The notes under the pieces were generated by a model, which was given only the letters and a program-made list of their open reading frames with translations, was not told the DNA's origin and searched no databases. Shown here one piece after another: positions 61,501 to 64,000 of a DNA stretch of 64,000 nucleotides. The translations under genes were made by a program, and so were the position numbers. Position 1 is the first letter of the stretch. Each line of letters begins with the position of its first letter. This stretch comes from Asterias rubens (lineage: Eukaryota). The stretch covers positions 4,340,001-4,404,000 of the forward strand of contig NC_047071.1 in the NCBI RefSeq assembly GCF_902459465.1, in the 5' to 3' direction.

Positions 61501-61942
61501 CATGTGATGTCAAAATTTGGTTAGCATTCGCAGGAAGTATGAACCATTCAACTCAGAATTACAATATAGCCTCAATACATTGTACAGATGTGTCACCTCT
61601 GATCGATATTAGTTCATGTGAAACTCGGTCAATCTGTTTTCAAAACAAATAAACTTTTCAAGTTTTGTCTTTCTTAGGTTAAAGCAGCAAGAGGTTGACA
61701 AAGAACAGAAGGCTCATCAGCAACAGACGCCATCTCCTCGTGAAACTAATCCAGAACACAAGGAGAATACGCAACCTCAAGGGGTAGGACACATTGACCC
61801 AGGGATTGAGGCCCACGTAGCACGTCTCATTGAGGAGAGGGATACGTTACTGAGGACTGGAGTTTATACTCACCAAGATCGGATTATTAGTGAACTTGAT
61901 CGTCAGATTAGAGAGTCTATAGCACAGGGTCATGTAGTTTAA
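47320..61942 (+). CDS. CEP120: Centrosomal protein of 120 kDa (three C2 domains + coiled coil), complete, 18 coding exons, 1044 aa
   Basis: Matches CEP120 along its full length: [168 protein letters not shown]. Exon lengths sum to 3135 nt. Confidence 0.98.
47724..48102. mobile_element. MITE family A, copy 6 (A), CEP120 intron 1
   Basis: Same TIR, TTAA TSD. Confidence 0.85.
48561..48688 (+). CDS. CEP120: CEP120 exon 2
   Basis: CAG|GG..GAG|GTGTGT; [42 protein letters not shown]. Confidence 0.93.
49162..49541. mobile_element. MITE family A, copy 7 (A), CEP120 intron 2
   Basis: Perfect TIR, TTAA TSD. Confidence 0.87.
49573..49737 (+). CDS. CEP120: CEP120 exon 3
   Basis: TAG|TTG..GTG|GTATGT; an in-frame donor 3 nt upstream is also possible. 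Confidence 0.9.
49805..49953. mobile_element. Harbinger-like MITE, TAA TSD, ~50-bp TIRs
   Basis: TAA|AGGCCAGTTTATAGTCGGTCGCGCGATGG ... CCATCGCGCGACCGACTATAACTCGGCCT|TAA. Confidence 0.8.
50133..50274 (+). CDS. CEP120: CEP120 exon 4
   Basis: CAG|ACA..G|GTAAGT; [23 protein letters not shown]. Confidence 0.93.
50414..50486 (+). pseudogene. tRNA-like cloverleaf (GTT anticodon position): tRNA-derived SINE or pseudo-tRNA
   Basis: Acceptor GGCTAGA/TCTAGTC, D arm GCTC-AGTTGGTA-GAGC, T loop TTCGAAT, T6 run downstream. Non-canonical features: G8, A32, C33 and stem mismatches. Confidence 0.7.
50641..50880. mobile_element. Near-perfect ~240-nt palindrome inside a dispersed element (second copy ~58153-58680)
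   Basis: Arms are reverse complements around the loop CTTGGCTCTGCCTCG; upstream ATAACACCCAAGCAGATCCTTGCCATTTGATTGGAGGATT is shared by both copies. Confidence 0.8.
50918..51078 (+). CDS. CEP120: CEP120 exon 5
   Basis: CAG|GT..CAG|GTATTT; [29 protein letters not shown]. Confidence 0.93.
51851..52048 (+). CDS. CEP120: CEP120 exon 6
   Basis: CAG|CTT..TCG|GTGGGT; [16 protein letters not shown]. Confidence 0.92.
52388..52624 (+). CDS. CEP120: CEP120 exon 7
   Basis: CAG|ATT..AAG|GTATGA; [12 protein letters not shown]. Confidence 0.94.
53032..53287 (+). CDS. CEP120: CEP120 exon 8 (Pro/Thr-rich linker)
   Basis: CAG|GTA..AAG|GTCAGG; phase 1 is required by exon 9. Confidence 0.85.
53635..53848 (+). 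CDS. CEP120: CEP120 exon 9
   Basis: CAG|AT..AG|GTTGGT; [15 protein letters not shown]. Confidence 0.9.
54392..54541 (+). CDS. CEP120: CEP120 exon 10
   Basis: TAG|A..AG|GTCAGA; [22 protein letters not shown]. Confidence 0.94.
54560..54880 (-). mobile_element. tRNA-derived SINE, same family as 59202-59564
   Basis: Reverse complement matches the core and tail of the 59.2 kb copy. Confidence 0.8.
54944..55058 (+). CDS. CEP120: CEP120 exon 11
   Basis: CAG|G..GTG|GTGAGA; [20 protein letters not shown]. Confidence 0.94.
55141..55394. mobile_element. MITE with GGGCCCAATTTCATAGAGCTG ends (relatives at ~8637, 52097-52282, 60280-60333)
   Basis: GGGCCCAATTTCATAGAGCTGC ... GCAGCTCTATGAAATTGGCCC. Confidence 0.75.
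55534..55870 (-). mobile_element. 5'-truncated L2-clade LINE 3' end
   Basis: Minus strand 55816-55679 reads [45 protein letters not shown], the typical L2/CR1 ORF2 C-terminus; followed by an (ATT)n tail. Confidence 0.85.
55909..56076 (+). CDS. CEP120: CEP120 exon 12
   Basis: CAG|CAT..GAG|GTCAGT; [16 protein letters not shown]. Confidence 0.92.
56303..57520 (+). repeat. tRNA-derived SINE whose 5' half is amplified as a 37-bp tandem array (8 units), split by an insertion
   Basis: Unit TAGCTTAGTTGGTAGAGCACCGGCACGGTAATCTGGA at 56311, 56348, 56385, 56422, 56459 and 57382, plus two shortened units. Confidence 0.9.
56490..57371. mobile_element. 882-bp non-autonomous CAGGG-ended (hAT-like) element
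   Basis: AGTAA|CAGGGTT ... AACCCCTG|GGTAA; subterminal TCGCCCG repeats at both ends. Confidence 0.7.
57572..57748 (+). CDS. CEP120: CEP120 exon 13
   Basis: TAG|GCC..CAG|GTACAA; [18 protein letters not shown]. Confidence 0.94.
58940..59029 (+). CDS. CEP120: CEP120 exon 14
   Basis: CAG|CTG..AAG|GTGACT; [13 protein letters not shown]. Confidence 0.94.
59202..59564 (+). mobile_element. tRNA-derived SINE inserted into a decayed family-A MITE
   Basis: A/B boxes and core as in the 25587 copy; flanking TATGTTG duplication. Confidence 0.8.
59659..59864 (+). CDS. CEP120: CEP120 exon 15
   Basis: TAG|CTT..AA|GTAAGC; [13 protein letters not shown]. Confidence 0.93.
60555..60726 (+). CDS. CEP120: CEP120 exon 16
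   Basis: TAG|G..AAG|GTGATT; [19 protein letters not shown]. Confidence 0.94.
60775..60914. mobile_element. 140-bp MITE
   Basis: CTAAGAGAGGTTTGCGGTAGCACCATGTGAA ... TTCACATGGTGTTACCGCAAACCTCTCTTAG. Confidence 0.75.
61051..61295 (+). CDS. CEP120: CEP120 exon 17
   Basis: TAG|GTG..AG|GTGAGA; [20 protein letters not shown]. Confidence 0.95.
61678..61942 (+). CDS. CEP120: CEP120 exon 18 (stop TAA 61940-61942)
   Basis: TAG|G; [31 protein letters not shown]. Confidence 0.95.
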
Positions 61943-61987
61943 TCTGCGGCCATCTTGGTCTAATTCCCTTTATAATTACAGTGACTA

Positions 61988-62349
61988 CAGGCCTCGAATT
62001 TACCCACGGCACCCACATCAAGAGACCCTTCCCATGAAATATGTAAATTGCACATAGCGCGTGCGCACTCACGTTTTGGTTGGCAAAATGAGGGAACATC
62101 GCGCTGTTTTGTACACGGCTAATGGCTGCGTGACGCAGACGCGATTGCGCGTCTGCTTAGTGCACAACTCTATGGCATTTGCCAACCAACAGGGTCTGTA
62201 CGCATGCATGAATGTAATATTTCATGGGAAGGGTCCATTGATGTGGTGCCCTCTTCAGGGTTTTAGTACAAGCTTACCCCAAAATTATAGAAGTGCCCAT
62301 AACCAGAGGGAAATTACTGTGCCCCCTCAGGAGCGAAGTTCAAGGCCTG
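61988..62349. mobile_element. CAGG-ended element with 6-bp TSD TGACTA and a nested inverted-repeat insert (62008-62251), in the CEP120 3' UTR region
   Basis: TGACTA|CAGGCCTCGAA ... TTCAAGGCCTG|TGACTA. Confidence 0.75.
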
Positions 62350-62926
62350 TGACTATCTACATGACAAGGAATTCGGACAAGTTTTAGCCAGTTTTTTTTA
62401 TTGACTTGATTGAGCAAAATGTAATATAGATTATTTATTCAAGTTTGCATGCTAAAGTTGTAAATGAGATTTGTATAGAAAATATGAAGTAATAAACCAC
62501 AAGGGAAACTGTGGAAATTGTAAATAATTTTGGGATAAACAAAGACAAATTTGCGAGCGGGATTTGAATCGAGCCGGCACTTTACCAACATTTGGGCTAG
62601 ATAGTTCAGTCGGTAGAACACTGGCACTGGCCAGGTTCAAATCCCGCTCCAGTCCATTTTTCTTTGTTCAACCTAAACTTTATAAATCTGCACTTTGTTT
62701 ATTACAAAACTTTGAAAACTGAAAAACTATCGTACTTGTAATCGGAAGGTACTTTTCTTCGATACAAAAACTTTGCAGGACATCTTTTAACTTCAAAGCT
62801 TACTTTTTCAAGTTTTGGTGAAGTATGAGACTACAGTTTATACATTATCATTACGAGTTGCATTCATTATATTTAGTAAAATGGGGTTGTTTGTCTTTTG
62901 GGACTAACATATTTTGCCTTTATTGG

Positions 62927-62972
62927 AATAAATCATAATATTAATACTTTGTCATAAACAAAAGTAAATAAA
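62927..62972 (+). terminator. Candidate CEP120 polyadenylation signals (AATAAA 62927-62932, 62967-62972)
   Basis: Hexamers ~1 kb after the stop in AT-rich sequence, so chance occurrence is likely. Confidence 0.3.
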
Positions 62973-63339
62973 ATTGGTATTCATCTAGTAATGGAAGCAG
63001 CAATGCCTTTCCAGGAGGAAATCAAAAGAATTTCCTAGAAATAAAATAATGGGCGTCATCAGTAGCATACATGTACATTTAATTCATTTACAGACATTTT
63101 AGGCAGTAAAACCTTAAAAAAAAATACTTCGATATTTCAATCCATGTGCCTGAACTTTTAGATTATAACCACAAATTTGACTTGTTATTTTGTGACAAAG
63201 ATGTGCCTTTATTTGTTGAGTGCCTCACCCATTCCTTCTTGCTCAAAAATAATTTTATATTGTACTTAAGTGTCTCTATATTTAAATTATGGTGAATAAA
63301 ATGTACATGTACTGTAAATAGCAGAAAACCAGAAAGTGG

Positions 63340-63912
63340 CGCGCCGTGTTCATTATTCATAAATACCTCAGACAGTTTTCGCTATTCCTATTGGTGGAGA
63401 GCGCGTCACATGGGTGTGTTTAAACCTTTGTTTATGACCCGTAAAAAGTGTTAATTCATAGGCGTGACACGCGACCTTGCACCTGTGCTTATAAGACAGT
63501 TTCTTCATTCCTATTGGTCAAGAGCAACGGCTGAAACAGTTGTGCCACATCACGCGATACGCGCGACGCGCACAGTATTCCCTTATAAGGAGGGCGGCGG
63601 AGGGCTTTACCATTTCATAGCTGGAGGGGTGTTGTGTTGAAAGAAATCATTTAACAATTATAATTTTTGCATTTATTTTTCTTTTTGACCAAAAAGTGAT
63701 GATGTTTTTGACCGAAAAGGTATTTATGAATGGGAATCAAATTGTGTTGAATCGGTTTTCAACTAGTGGTTTAAACCCGCCGAGGCCTGGTTCTTTATAA
63801 TTTACCTCGACTTCGTCTCGGTAAAATTATCAAAATTATCAAGAACCAGGCCTCGTTGGGATTAATAAACCACTAGTTGAAAACCTCTTCACCACACATT
63901 GATTCCCTTATT
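63340..63912. mobile_element. Dispersed element with terminal palindrome (~63760-63885)
   Basis: TTTCAACTAGTGGTTTA..GAGGCCTGGTTCTT / AAGAACCAGGCCTC..TAAACCACTAGTTGAAA around the loop CTCGACTTCGTCTCG. Confidence 0.6.
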
Positions 63913-64000
63913 TAAAGTTTGTGTTTGGAGTGTGCTGCAAAGTGGTGGGCGCCCTCACGTGGCAGGATTAGAACGTGTTCGTACGCGATCGCTTCGCCGA

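Overview
This is AT-rich, intron-rich animal genomic DNA, not prokaryotic. An invertebrate deuterostome such as an echinoderm is likely, inferred from protein similarity and DeuSINE content. Two genes sit head-to-head around a very short shared promoter region at ~47.1-47.3 kb. (1) Minus strand: the 5' part of a casein kinase I gamma gene (CSNK1G/gilgamesh). It has four coding exons (43562-43739, 38078-38118, 19376-19445, 1765-1913) separated by 5-19 kb introns, and it continues off the left edge. (2) Plus strand: a complete 18-coding-exon CEP120 gene (47320-61942). I spliced it by hand to 3135 nt (1044 aa + stop), with all GT-AG introns phase-consistent. The introns are packed with non-autonomous elements: TTAA-flanked Kolobok-like MITEs, CAGG-ended elements with 6-bp TSDs, a P-like MITE with a perfect 32-bp TIR, Harbinger-like MITEs, tRNA-derived SINEs including a DeuSINE, an L2 LINE 3' fragment, palindromic elements, and several minisatellites. 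Most ORF-track entries are spurious. The most notable observations are: the compact bidirectional CSNK1G-CEP120 promoter (the same pair is, from memory, divergent neighbours in human); a second intronic copy of that promoter's motif cassette at 41.3 kb; a cryptic micro-exon pair at 7.7-7.8 kb that translates in register with the real kinase exon; a visible LINE-SINE partnership; and a tandem array of Pol III A-boxes split by a nested transposon. I found no autonomous novel system, so the top leads are regulatory or splicing hypotheses that need testing.
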